This document shows, one piece after another, positions 46,619 through 60,726 of a stretch of DNA of 64,000 nt (position 1 is the first letter of the stretch; each line of letters starts with the position of its first letter). The notes under the pieces were generated by a model. It was not told the origin of the DNA. It searched no databases and saw nothing but the letters and a program-made list of their open reading frames with translations. A program made the position numbers and the translations under genes. Source of the DNA: Balanoglossus misakiensis (lineage: Eukaryota; Animalia; Hemichordata); NCBI GenBank assembly GCA_040954595.2, contig CM082576.2, forward strand, positions 1,371,403 to 1,435,402, in the 5' to 3' direction.

Positions 46619-49132
46619 TTATGTTCCTGGGTAAGGTAATTCTTCTGGAAAACTCTCTCCTGGCTTTGTCACTTGTCTAACATTGAAATTTATGCGTGTG
46701 TCATGTAAATAGTCAGCAAATGGTTTCCAGTTGTTTTCATCTTTGAGGTACTCTATGTCCTGTTCAAATTGTTCCAAGACATTATCACAGTCAAATGAAC
46801 CGCATTTCAGACATAAAGGTGGTTGATCCTTTCCTTCGCCAATTGTCCTTTGTGTACTATCTTCATCAGACTGTGAAATGTTCTCATCTGCCTCAGTAAT
46901 GACAGTTGCTGACTTGGTTGCCTGAACATCTTCACGACAAGTTCTGCTCTTGAAGGATTCCTGTTCAGCACCACATTTTCCTGATGTTGCTGCAATGTCA
47001 CAACCATCACTCTTCCCTTCTCCATGCTCTGTTTCAGCAAATTTAAAACACTCCGGGACGAGTTTCCCTTTAGCAGGTGGAAGTATCCGAGGCACAGAAT
47101 GGTAACACCACCGGGTTTCTCCTGACATGATCATAATATCACCACTCTTCAGAAACACTGCTTCTGGTTTTGTATCACGTGTCTTTCCACCTTGCAAATA
47201 TATGGCTGTTTGTCCAAAGCTAAGAAGGGGGTGGGAAAGGTAAATGGGGAAAAAGGGAGGGGGAAGAGAGAATGAGAGAGTTAGTTTCCTCCACATAAAG
47301 ATATCAGGTTGACATTTATGTGATGTCCAGCTACTGATGTGATTTTTTTTCCTGCAGACCTTCATGTTTTCAACAATGCAATACCTCCAGTTTATATTTT
47401 CAAATCAGAAGTTATACATAAAGGAATCTAGTAATGATTAGTGGAAACCTCTGACACCAACAGAAACCATCTCTGAATATATGACGCATACCGGTACATA
47501 CTTGATGACAGCAGAGGTGATAGATGCACAATCATTACTTCGCACATCTGAACACTTACCTGAAGGAGAGTAGAGGTGCTGTCATATCAAACTCTGCCTC
47601 ATCTACATGTCCTCCAAGTGTTGAACCCATGTTGTAATAATTCACAATGCCGGCCTGTGCATGGTAGTCCTTGAATCCCAAAACCCTTGCAAGATGTTTG
47701 GTCAGTATGCCTATGTCATCCGGCAAAGTGGATTTGATCTTCTTTCCATAGTATTCTTTCTTTCCCCAGTTGTAGTGGTATCCCAGCGTAACCCACCGTA
47801 ATTTGCTCAATAGATCTTTATTTTCTTCAGTCTTGTCTGAAGATGATTCGGAAGGGTCTCTGATGAACATAAACAGCAAGGAGGAAATTTGTCAAGTGTT
47901 TAAATGAGACAGTAATGTGTAGTTTTCAGTGCAACCTGAAGGAGAAGTCAGCACCCAGAATGACTAGCACAGGATAAATGGCCTGTTGGTTGGACATACC
48001 TTTTATGGACTCTGCTTTCCCAAATGTTTTCTGACTCTTCTGACATATACAGATCAATGTTACGCATGTTTGGTTTTTCAGGAAAATCTTTGAGACATCT
48101 TTTAACCCAGTATCTTTGGTAACCAGGACGGAATGGATTCGCAATGAAGATGAATCCTGAGAAGTTAATATACAACAGTGAATTAAAAAAGAGTAATTCG
48201 GAACTTCTCTATTGCACTCATTCACGTTTTTATTGTTTATATCTACATGAAAAGTTATCAAATTATTTCAAAACAAGACATTGTCAAGGTGACAAGGGAT
48301 TAATGATAAAATGTTAGGAAAACTATGTACCTGCTGCATCCTTCAATCTATACACATTCCATTCCTGTATTGGTTTTAGACCACATCTGTTTAGAATCTG
48401 CATGTCTTGATTGTAGTTATTACCAAAGTTTAAGTCATACCTTTCAATCTACAAAGACAAAAATAGCAATCAAATCTCTAACAAGTGTCAGTTTATGTAA
48501 TTTTTATCTGATGCTCTCAGACTCTTATCAGTTTTAATCATCCCCACAAGCTAAAAGTCGATTTACATACATGAATTGAACGAATAAGATTAGAAATAGC
48601 TTTAAAATATATATGCTCAAAAGGTGTGCCCCATAATCAAAGGCCAGTCCCGGGTGGTTTTAGTAGGATCCCAGGACCCGGCAGTAGGTGATGATGCGGA
48701 TCTGCAGCCCTACATCAATCTGATTAAAATCAGATGTAGAGTAGGCGCAGTCTTTACTTTTGCTGATTCTTTGCTGTTCTGTTCGGAAGGGGGACAGGCT
48801 GGCGGGTACGCCCGAGAACATCCAAGGCAGAAAACAGACCAGCCAAAGCCAAGAGAACAGAATAGCTAAAACTATCAGCAGTGCCTATAAACTACACGTA
48901 TACACATCTGCTGTAGCCAGGCAACCACATGCACCTGAGCAGTCTGTGGCTGTGCCGACCCTAGTCCCAATCACAAACTGACTCCGTCGTATACCTTATC
49001 GGAGAAACGATGTGGCTCATCAAAGTCGATCACCTCACTCAAATCCGGTGGCGGATTTCGTCGTTTATACTTTTTGTATGAAATTTTGAAAGGGTCCATG
49101 CCATCAGCTTCCACATCCAAGGGCGCAGCCAT
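46619..49132 (-). CDS. ALKBH1: AlkB homolog 1, Fe(II)/2-oxoglutarate dioxygenase (~437 aa)
   Basis: Exons 49132-48995, 48448-48331, 48156-48000, 47859-47560, 47219-46619. Motifs: [27 protein letters not shown] (HxD), [37 protein letters not shown]. Confidence 0.93.
48707..48880. mobile_element. Degenerate copy or copies of a foldback MITE-like family in ALKBH1 intron 1
   Basis: AATCAGATGTAGAGTAGGC...TCTTTACTTTTGCTGATTCTTTGCTGTTCTGTT resembles the arm of the 62472-62612 element. It is preceded by CCCTACATCAATCTGATTAA, which looks like the end of another copy. Confidence 0.55.
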
Positions 49133-49383
49133 TTTGAACAACGAACTCTCACGACAAGATCCGAACGGGTTCGGTTGTATTCGTGCGATCATATTATTTT
49201 TAATTTCTTGCTAAACAATTACTTATTCGAGCAATACATTTATTGTAACTTCGAATAATTTCACATTTGGGATTTTCAGACACGGAATATCTAAAATATT
49301 TACAAAAAAGTGATACAGAAATTCGACACGTTAATTCCGGATTTGTTCGGTAATTTTCGTAGATACAACGTGAAGATCACAAA

Positions 49384-50189
49384 ATGGCCAGCAGACAAGC
49401 CTTCACAGTTTATGTCAGCCGAATACCCTGGATCATCTCGCAAAGTAAGACTCAGTGAAACGCAGTTAGTATATACAATAAGATCCAGAAATATTTCGTA
49501 CTTCGATTTTCTGTCTTACTACTACAGCACGAAAAATGTTTCTGTACGTGCATACATCGTACCCAACAACACGTACACGTGCACCTGGGACAAAATACCT
49601 GGTAACCAATAATATATGGCAGAATTCATAATGTGATTTTTCTAACTGTTACAGAAGAACTGAAGGAATACTTCAGTCAATTTGGTACTGTAAGAAGGGC
49701 GATTGTTCCTGTTGTAAGTATTCTAATGGTCTTGTAACCATATTATACATCATAGCTATTGACATTTTTGTGTTTGTGAATTGGGGCATTTACCATGACC
49801 AGAGTCTCTGTGCTTCATTTCAGGACAAGCAAACAGGTTTCTTCAAGAGATTTGCATTCGTTGATTTTGCCAATAAAGAGGGTTTTCAAAACACTGTGCA
49901 GAGGGCTACTCATGTAATAGAAGGAACTAGGGTAAGGTTTGCTTACAAATGGCTTTTGTGACAGTTTGCAGATGGATTTAAAGGTTGACTGAAACTCCAA
50001 TAGAGCAAGACAGTGTTGATGCTCACACCTGTAGGGATATGTTTATAGGTAAATTTTTATGATTTGTTGCAGCTGCAAGTGAAGCCAAACCAATCAGGTG
50101 GAATTATGACAGGTGGAAGCAATCTCAACAGAGGACAACTTGGAAAAGTTTCTGTAGATGATATATTAAATGAGAGTACATCATCATGA
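49384..50189 (+). CDS. SLIRP: SRA stem-loop-interacting RNA-binding protein (single RRM, 114 aa)
   Basis: Exons 49384-49444, 49655-49713, 49824-49931, 50073-50189 give MASRQAFTVYVSRIPWIISQKELKEYFSQFGTVRRAIVPVDKQTGFFKRFAFVDF...HVIEGTRLQV. The RIPW motif and head-to-head position with ALKBH1 match SLIRP. Confidence 0.85.
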
Positions 50190-51209
50190 TAGATTGTAGA
50201 ATGGTTTTACTGTGTGCATTGTGTGCAATAAGCATGATGCAAAGTGTTTTTTGTAAAAAGTATATTATTAGAATTAGGTAATATTTTGTTTTTAGTTCAG
50301 ACTGCTTTTTTGCAAAAATAACAAACACCTGGAATTTCATAGATTGAACATGAATAAACTTTTTTGCTGTTGAAGTATATAATTTGTTGACATTTCTTAT
50401 GTGCCTTTACCTTCCTCACCAAAAGACAACTGGGGAAAAATTGAAACTGGAAGTTGGAATTGTGATAAAAAAGTGGAAATAAAAGCAGCAAAGCACATCA
50501 TATTGAAGGCAAATAGATTTAATGTTCTCAAAAATAGTATTACATTTTTAAAAATAAAGAATATGACATAAGCCTTCAATTTCAAAGCTCTCAACTGTTG
50601 CAGCCATTTGACAAACATGATTATCTTGGCCCAGTTTAAACAGCCTTTCAAAATGCCAATATTCTTTGCAAAATGAGCAAGGGTACATGTCGAAGCAAGG
50701 AATGGAAGCTACAAGATTTGGACAATGGTAGATAGAATTTACAAAGGACATAAAAATTACATTGGATCAATATTTATTGTAGTAATACAGTGTAGAAAAA
50801 CTTTTGTGGCTTGACTAGAATGCCCTGTGTGTCCTCAAACTGTATGCTTTGTAATTTGGGAGAGTTACTTGCTTCTCGAGCACTTCCCTTGGAAATATCC
50901 ATCAGAATTGGAATTCATAATCTCTGTACATTGGTATTAACCCTTGACGCAAATATGGGTCTCAGCATTATGGGACTTTGAGATCATGCTCACACATTGC
51001 AAGGGCCTGATTGCAAGAAATACATACTCGCAATGAAAGTCGGCAGTGATAACACATTCTTTGTAATACTCTTTAAACATTATATTCTCCATTGTTGAAA
51101 CCCCCACAAAACCAAATACTGTTGAGGACACAGTTAACCCAGACATCTTCAGGTGTTTTTAAGGAAAGGGGGAATTTGTTCCTTTTTACGAGACTGATTG
51201 GTTTTCATT

Positions 51210-54200
51210 TCATTCCCTTCTCTTTTTACTTCTGCTGTCATAGTCATGGTCCCTTGATCGACCTCCCTCTGCCGGTCTCTTGCTAGCTTTCTTGGCTTCT
51301 GTCAAGAACTTGTCAAGACCGAAAGGATCTTCTTCCTCATCTTTCTCAAACTGTACTGGACCATCTCTCCTCCTGCTGCGATCTGTGCCTTCAAACTCTT
51401 TGTCCGGAACAAATCTGGCACATTGGGAGAGAAAAAAAGATTAGTAACCCCATTTCCCAAAGACATCAATTCCATCAGGTTAGGTTGACTTATAGGCCCA
51501 CGACAAGACACATAGTATTGTTACCCAAAAATGGTCATTCAATAAAAGTTTTGTAACTCACAACGAAATTTGTCTGGCACTGGTATTAACCCTACCAACC
51601 CAAAGATAGGTCAGTATTAACTTTACTGACCCAAAATGACCACATCCATTCAGAAAGTGATACTCAGAGATATACCGGTAGGTGATGTATATTGAGTTAA
51701 GTGGAGACTATATGGTGATGTCCACAAACTCAACTCATTCACTGACCTTTTATTCTTCATGAGTGATTCCAAATCATCACCATAGACATCCTTATCAATA
51801 TTTTTGCTTGGTCTGTACAGTGACTGATTCACATTGTGTTCCTTCCTCCATGGTTCACTGTAAACATTATAGGATTCATCCTCTCCAGCCGCAAACCCAC
51901 TATCAATACCCTGTTATGAAGATTCAAAACACCAATAAGGACAAAGGAGAAAATATCTACTACTTCTGGAAACAAAAACACCTCTGCAACACGAGTGGTC
52001 AATCAATCTGTGTAAGGACATGTCCGTCAAATCTAAACCAAGGTGACTATTCATACAACTGATGATGGACTGTGTGATCGCCAAACTTACCTTGTGTTGA
52101 TTAAACAACCGTTGATCGAACTGTGCATCATCTGATCTGCTACCACCAGCATTGGGCAACCCAAGGGCTATCTTTTCACTGATGTCCCTATCACGTTCCC
52201 TCTGTAATTTGGACCTGGAAGGGGGAGAAAAACCCAATATTCAATCATTGTGCTAGAACAGAAACGACTGGTACTGGCAATGGCACCAGATTCATATAAT
52301 TTGTACAAGTGAGCTGGCTTACTACTGCTGCTATGAGTATGGATCAGTGTACCAAATATATAGATACAACTGGTCCTTACCTTTTATCTGGTGCTGCCCT
52401 GGCAATATTCCTGTCTCTCTGTCTGTCTCTGTGTCTCTCCCCACGGATTCTATCTCTCTCAACAGCTTCATCATCATGATCTGCAGAAAATAAACAACAA
52501 AATTTGAATCTGTTCATTGTTCACTTATCAAACATTGCTTTAGAGGTGAAATATTAGTGAGAGTAAGATTGGATAGTTTGTGACAAAATCAGTTAACTAT
52601 ACTGACCTCCACCTCTTCTGATACCAGCTCTTTCCTCTCTGGCTTTCATGGCAAGCGCTCTGAGATTTTCTTCTTGTTTCTCCTTCTGCTTCTGTGCCAA
52701 TTTCTTCTCTTGTTGAGCTCGGATCTCAACAGCCTCTCGAGCCTGACAATTAGAAAGAACTCTTTAAAATTAGGTGCACCATATAAAGGGGTACATGTTA
52801 TGCAAAACTGACCCTTTGTTTCCCAATAAACAGTTCCATGCAGAGTTTTACAAATGTGAAGAACTGAGGCAATGGCAGATCTCTGACAGAGACTTACTTT
52901 TCTATCTGCAATGTACAATGCTTCTGCCAGCTTGGCAAAGTTTTCATTGATTTGTTGACTCTGAACCCCTCTTCCATCTGCAGCTAGACGTTTATCAAGT
53001 GGAATGGTGTAACCCTGGCAGGAAAAAAAGCAAGAATGAAATAAAAAAATGTTCTTTCAATCAACTACCTCATTTCATTGCATAGATCCTCCTGGAAATG
53101 GATAAACAATATAAATGTATAAGATAATGACTGCTTTTGACACATTTTTTAGAACTTCATGTATTTTAATATATATTTAAAATTCTCACCTTTGCGTTCT
53201 TCCAATTTGAAATACAAGGCGGTATTTTCCATTCTTGTTGTTCTTTGACTGTAACCTGCAACAAAGATGATAATTAGCCTGCTGTGTTATCATAACCAAG
53301 GAATTACGGTGATTCATGGCCAATGAAACATGACTTCATTTATGGTTCAATATGCCAGTAATACTCTCAAAGGGTAAAGGTGAAATCTTCATGACAGTAA
53401 ACCTGGTAAGATCTAGAACATTTCCCCTTACCTTTCTATTTGGTGAATGCATAACTGGTGCTGGTGGTGATGGAGGTCCCCTTGGAATCTTTTTGTTTAC
53501 TCTACAATGCAAACCACCAAGTGTTACAAAAGTAAGTCATTGTCAATAACATAATCACCACTGGATGAACAGAAGTCATACATGTGTACGCTGTTCTGGC
53601 AAAAATTATATTTTGTTATTTGAAGGAGGAATTAATCTAGAACAATATAATGCTAAGCCATCCATAATATGCTCCAGTAAAGCAATGTTTCTTACACCTC
53701 CATATCAACATGATGCAGTTTATTTATTAAAACCTATTTGCTGTGTGTGCTTTTTTTTATTTAAACGATCAAAAAAGCAAGCTTGGGTCTTGTTACTGCA
53801 AACATACAAACCTATCTTTGAACTTACTTGAATTTTGGTGGTTCCATGGGATCTTTCTGTACTTCTACCATTCTGATAACTCTTTGCTTGGCTCCAGAGT
53901 TAAATGCAACACCTTGTTGTGACGGTGTATACCTGACAAATAGACAGGTAGACGTGGTCAGTGTTGTGACATTTGATAGTCCACAGACTGCAGACTATGA
54001 TGATCTAATTATCAGAATTTCCCAGTACACCAAATGCATGTTTCTGGTAATGAAGAGCTAAATATGTTACCTTATGTATTGCGCTGGTGCCTGTTTCTCT
54101 GCATGTCTGACTGGCAAAGCTGCAGACACTTTACTCTGTACAACCTTTTCAAGAGCCTGTCTCGTCTTCTCTGTTGTCTGCACAGAAAGTTTTTTATATA

Positions 54201-55889
54201 AAAAATGAACCTCTTACAGCAGCAAACTTATCACGAATGCTAGCCATATGCTCTCTTTTCACGATGTAGATAAATCATCATCATTGCAACTGAGTCACTG
54301 ATATTCATAAATCCTACACAAATGTAAGTTTGGATAAAGTTAACATTTCAAAAGCTTCAGCTGCCATCAGCTGTACACTGAACACGATCCTCCCAACCCT
54401 TTGTTTACAAACTGATGTGAAAACCCAGTTGTAATTGATAACTATAAAAACAAATGTTGACTTAAATTTTATTAATTACCTCTTGGATGGTGTCTTCATC
54501 TGGTCTCTCAAGTTCATGGTCATGTTCATTGGTGATGTGTTTAGGAATAAGATCAGTAAACTTGGAATAAACAACCTAGAAGAAAACAAACAAATAATTT
54601 AGAGAGGAGGGCATAAAATATGGGTACATACCAATAATGTGATTCATACATACAGGGATTAAATGCAAACAATTTGCCTATATTCCAAAACACCTCAATT
54701 ACATTGCACTACACTGTTTCATTCAAGATTGACACTCAACACGATGCCTACCTTATCTTTAGCATGTCCAGCCCTTGCTATTGCATCATATTTGAGTTTG
54801 CCTTCAGCATCAACTGTCTTGGCAATTACATTTTTGGATCCAGGGGCTGATTTTTTCCTACCCATATCCTGAGGAAACTGTGCAACATGGCATTCTGGAT
54901 AGGCACCTCCATCTCCAAAGTCCTACAAACGCAAAACACAACATATACATCAAATCTCCATTTTAAATACCATCAATCACATTTCTTGATCAACACTATT
55001 TTTTGTCTACACAAATTCTTTTACATTGACTTACTTGTGGTTTACGTGGCACCCAATTTCTCCGATGTCCGTATCTTGGTGCTGTGCATTGGGTTACACT
55101 AACCAAACGTAGCTGAAAGAAATAAAACACAAAATCTATTTAAACACTAATAAATAACAAGTCACTTAATAGAAAGTGTCCAAACTAGGAAAGCTTCCAT
55201 CACTCAGTAGATAGATGCGGACTCCAAGTGCTCCAAATACAGAAATGCACTGTAGTGTACACCATAAGTATGTGTTCAATATTGTGGTTTACTTACTTCC
55301 TGAGAAGTTCTGTCAATTTCCTCTCTTTCAAATTCATCTTGGGTCAATTGCGTAGGCGCAGGAAGAATACTAGAGAATGGAACAGATGAAAATATCTAAC
55401 AGTTATTCAATTGAATACTGCCACATGTACTTTTGTGTTACAAAAAGACAAGTTCTTAACTTCTATGGTTAAACAGATCTCAAAAATAAAGCACCTACTC
55501 CCATTTTACCACGTGTAAAAGTGGTTATGATTAAATAAAGTAGCCCAATACCGATATCGCGCTCATTCTACAGCTAAACCATTTGGTCCACAAAACTTCA
55601 GAAATGCGTTCTGTTTGTACGTCACACAATGCACCACTCTCATGGACGACCATTTACTTAGTACATGTACATGTACTTTAGCTTAGGCCAGGGGACGCTT
55701 TTACAGTCACACAACATATAGTCAGCAGGAGCAGTAATTTCGAGTCTGAGAGATCACTGGCAGCAATATACCACATATGAACTTTGAGTATTGTTACAAT
55801 ACCAACAACAAAGCCTACTCGTCGCCAATTTCTGTTGCTGCGGTTGATTATTTTTCTGTTTTCGAGCCTTACCTTGCTAACGTCGCCAT
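51210..55889 (-). CDS. SNW1: SNW domain-containing protein 1 (SKIP/Prp45), about 15 coding exons
   Basis: Start MATLASILPAPTQ (exon 55889-55873). Motifs [91 protein letters not shown]. Stop at 51210. Confidence 0.95.
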
Positions 55890-56385
55890 TTTGTCAATCC
55901 CGAGTTTACATCCGGGCACGTATGGCCTCTTCCCAGAAAATGTTTCGTGCGCGTACTTCACATCATTATCTTACTTTAAGGAAATAAGAATAAATAAAAC
56001 CTACATGTATATAATTTCAACACAATATATAATCACCAGATTTATTAATATACATAATTTACTTATATGACAAAATAATGCTTTATACAAGGTTCTGGTC
56101 AAAGGTTCAGTTCAAAGGTCGTCATACATTTCATAACACTTGTGCCTAGAACCGGTGTATGTAGAGTCGTGGGCGAAATAAGGTAACTTTAAGTGATATT
56201 ACAGTGTCCTTTCTGAGATTTATGGAATCGGTTGTCAGTTTCTTTTTTCGGAATGTACCAGCTGTTCTTGACGAAGTGATTATTCATTTTTCTGTCCGAC
56301 TTCGTTACTTTTGCCGGTGTTCTGTATCTATGGCTGTGTGTGAAATCCGTGTGTGATGTAACCCCAGACGATTTCACCCAGATCA

Positions 56386-56475
56386 AGCCAATCACTAGGT
56401 ACTGCTAGGTTGACAGTCAACCTAGCAGCACCGATATGGCAGCACCCGCTACAATCATTGCAGCTAGCCAATCAC
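56386..56475. promoter_or_regulatory. Palindrome flanked by two CCAAT boxes in the SNW1-ADCK1 divergent intergenic region
   Basis: AGCCAATCAC at 56386 and 56466; CTGCTAGGTTGAC-A-GTCAACCTAGCAG at 56402-56428. Confidence 0.55.
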
Positions 56476-56842
56476 AGATTTTCAGTGGGTTACACAAGTG
56501 AAAATAAAGCGACACCAATCCATCATATGTTCTTTAGATTATTTTGCCATTTATTGACATATATGTAAATTGGAGGTGAATGTAATGTGTACCTTTAATG
56601 GAAAAGGGTTGATATTGCTTCCCAAACTTAATATCTGCTTTAAAAAAAAGCTCAGATATGGAGAAATCATATTTTGTTTAGTGTTGCGTATCTTTTTTGA
56701 CCACTTGAAAGTTGAATGACCAGTTTTAATAAGATCATAGTCTCTTGCAGCAACTCTGCACAGATACTGTAATGGAATTCCTATGGCTTCTTTTCGTCAG
56801 ATTTCCAAATACTTGCAGAGGATGAGGTGACAGTAATTCAAT

Positions 56843-59715
56843 ATGAGTCGCAGGTTGCTAAAATATGTCATCACTGGAGGAGCCACATTGTCAGGTGTGG
56901 AATACCTACGCAGACATGATTTTAATGTATCTTCCATCGGTGTGGTGCGCTTTGGCCGTGCATTTGCAGCAGTAAGTTTGTTCACAGTTTTGCCGTCTTG
57001 TTCAAAGGTTACAGTGGCTGCATGAAATCATATTTATTCAAACAGTTTTGTTGAGAGTGAGCTGTGGCTTAATATATCATCATGTGTCATTGCTGTCTCT
57101 CCCAGCAGGTGTACATAGAGATGAATTATACTCTGACATTCCTATCTTTGTTTCAGGCGATGTACATATTTGCAGATTATAAAATAACATTGAGTAAAGT
57201 TGACAGGAATTCAGAATTGTATCAAGAACTGAAATGCAAGGTAATTATAAAACTTTACAAGGGCTTTTATGTTGTGGATAAGTGGATAATTGTAGGCTAG
57301 ATATAAAGTTACCTATCAATATACAATGCAATTTGTGATAAAATAATCTTACATTAAACTTCCTGCTGTCAATCTGATTAGATTCATTTGAGGTCAGCTA
57401 TCCGTCTGAGAGAGATGTGTTGTGCAAATGGTGGTGTTTTCATCAAAGTTGGTCAGCATGTGGGTGCCCTAGATTATCTATTACCAACTGAGTATGTACA
57501 GACAATGAAGGTGCTACACAATGATGCCCCTCAGTCACCTCTGTCAGATATGTACAGAGTCATAAAGGAAGACCTTGGCAAAGAGGTGAGATATGGCAGC
57601 TATCAACATAAATACCACATTAACAACAATTGCTGTCTTGAACTTGATCACATAAGCTGTTGACAGGAGCTTGTAATTCTGACTTCATGCAATATTGTTT
57701 TAGCAATTGTGTGTGTATTGTTTGGAAATACCATGATGCACCTGTAAGGTAGCATTATGACAATTAGCCTCCTACAGTCTACAGATGACACGACTTGTTC
57801 TGCACTTAGATTATCAGCCAAGAAGAATGCTTGTGAATCAGACCATACAAAGCATAGTGTTTTTTATTTCCTACAGGTTCATGAACTGTTCAGCTCATTT
57901 TCTGAAAAGCCTATTGGTGCAGCTTCATTGGCCCAGGTGTACCAGGCCACATTGCATGATGGGAGTGTTGTAGCTGTTAAAGTTCAACATCTGAATGTAA
58001 AGAAACACTCTTTTGTGGATCTTAAAACAATGGAGGTGAGGCGCTGGCAGTCTCTGATTGTGAAAATTCTCACTAAATCTGATTTCAAAAACCATATTTT
58101 GTGGACTTCAAATTCATGATTGCCAGTGAAATCAAAGTTCCATTTTTTCTTTCTTTATGACTTCATCCTAGTTACTGCTTCATGCTGCAGCATGGCTTTT
58201 CCCGGAGTTTCAGTTCATGTGGTTGGCCGAAGAAACAAAGAAAAACTTGCCACTTGAACTGGATTTTATCCATGAGGGTCACAACTGTGAGAAGGTGGCA
58301 AAAATGTATCGTCATTTCAAATTCCTCAAGGTTAGTAGCAACAACACTAAAAGTGATTACAGCCAATATTTTCATATGATTTCACACAAAAGTCCATAAA
58401 TTTTGAATATATAAAATTTCAGGTACCAAAAGTCTATTGGAATCTAACAACTGGGAGAATTTTGACAATGGAATTTTGTGGTGGTGGAAAAGTTGATGAC
58501 AGAGAATATATGAAGAAACACAACATTAATGTTGATCAAGTAAGTGCGTTGTGACTTAATCTGATAATAATGTCTGTTTTGTAAAAGGTCAATTTATATC
58601 AGGTTGATAGACACAGACAAACTATTCCAACTAACCCATCAGTTACTGAAAATATTTATCATAAAATGTTTCACACAACTATTGGCTGCTTTCTTCTTTC
58701 AGATATCTAAACATCTTGGTAAATTATACAGTGAGATGATATTTGTGAAAGGTTATGTTCACTGTGATCCACATCCTGGTAACATCTTTGTAAACAAAAC
58801 AGAGAACAATGATGTAGAGATAGTGCTGCTTGACCATGGACTCTATCAGGTGAGGAGTGCGTGTAGTTGGAAAGGCTGTTCTGGAATAAGATTGTAATAG
58901 AAACACAAACACATGTAAATGTGTATAGGGATGTTTTTATCATTGTTCATTTCAACTCTGAATTATTCTTCATCAGACACTAACAGATGACTTCAGACTG
59001 AATTACTGCCTGATGTGGCAATCTCTGATCAACGCTGATGTGGATGGTATCAAAAAATACAGTGACACTCTGGGTGCTGGTGAATTGTATGGATTGTTTG
59101 CCTGTGTGTTAACAGCAAGATCTTGGACAGCTGTCACTACTGGCATTGATAAAGTGCAGCATTCGGACGCTGAAGTATGGCCAAGTATTGAAATATATGA
59201 ATACAGTTTTGATGTGAAATATCAGTACAGTTCATTTGTAGTTAGATATCCACAGATTTTGTTGGTTTACTCTGAATATTCAGAATGGATGGGAAATGTG
59301 GCACAACTTCATTCAAAATTATAACGCTTTTTTATTTCAGGCAGATGAAATCAAGCAAAATGCAGCTATGTACATACCTGAAATATCTGATTTGTTGAAT
59401 CGTATCCCAAGGCAGATGCTACTGTTACTGAAGACCAATGATCTCCTACGAGGAATTGAATGGACATTGCAGACCCATGCAGATGCTAGTTCATTCATCA
59501 ATATGTCCAGGTGCTGCGTACAAGCTGTGACTGATCATGAATTGAAACAGTGTCAAAGCTGGTTTCCAAGGACTAAAGTACACCTCAAAGGAATGGTCAT
59601 GCAAAAGAAGATTGATATTTATGAACTGTACATGTGGTTTTGGACCTCACTCTTGGGACAGTGGATACAAAGGCTTTTCCCAGTAAAAAGCACACGTACA
59701 CCATTGCCCTTGTAA
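56843..59715 (+). CDS. ADCK1: AarF domain-containing kinase 1 (UbiB family), 523 aa
   Basis: Nine phase-0 exons: 56843-56971, 57157-57240, 57382-57585, 57877-58035, 58172-58330, 58423-58539, 58703-58849, 58977-59174, 59341-59715. Motifs: FIKVGQH (KxGQ), PIGAASLAQV, VAVKVQH, ELDF, VHCDPHPGN, LLDHGLY, LLLKTNDLLR. Confidence 0.95.
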
Positions 59716-60726
59716 TAATAACACTCATGTGAGAGTGGACAAAGAGTTTTCACATTGGTGCAGCTTTACAGGGAAATTATGCAACAAGAGAGTTCTTTTA
59801 ACAACATGGTTCTAACTTTGTATTTTATAAGCAGTGCAATGAAACTAATTATGTTGGATTTTAACTTTATCTTCACATTGAAGGCCATGAATGTACCCTT
59901 CAAAGCAATTTGCACAAATAAACTTCCATTTAAAGCTTTGCAATATGTAGTTGTTTGTTTCATGACATACAAGTATGAGATATAAATCCAGAACACAATC
60001 AGTGTACATGGTAATCAGGTCATTTGCATAACCCTGCATACACATACACGTGCTTCACTTTCCACCATGACCTCCTCAAAGAAAAACTCCTGAGGGCGCT
60101 GTTTACATGGTCAAATATTCCCTGGTTCACGATTGATGATGCAGTCTTCGCCAGTCAAAGTCACAAGGAATTGAAAAACTATATTGTCGAACTTGAATAT
60201 GTTCTCTTCTGATAAACTAACTGGGAAAAAAGTCCGCCTACATAATTACACATTGATAATATTTTAATTACTTCTTACAGTATGGTTGATTGTATTACAA
60301 GTATAAGCTTATTATTGCCAGTGTTATAGTATTACGATTATTGTTAGATTATGGGGTTATTCTATTTGTTCAACATTTATTATGAAGAAAATAATATTCT
60401 TAAGATATTTATCACAAAGGTGAAATTAAAGTATTCAATACAACTGAAATAGACGTTTTTTATATGGTCCCTGTGATAGAGTATTGAGAATTTTCGTGAA
60501 AGTTTTTTCCTCAAATATTAAATATGTGATCCATGTTGCCTATCAAGTTGAATTTAGTGACTTAGAAACTGTCAGTGATTTTTATAGTAACATACTCTGC
60601 ATTGAAGTGACAGATTATCAGGAAATGGAAACATTCTGACGCACGTAGGTTTGACATTTATGAGCAATTTTGCGATGAATGCTGACGGTGTCGCGTCGAA
60701 AAACACAAGCACCGTGTTACATGACG

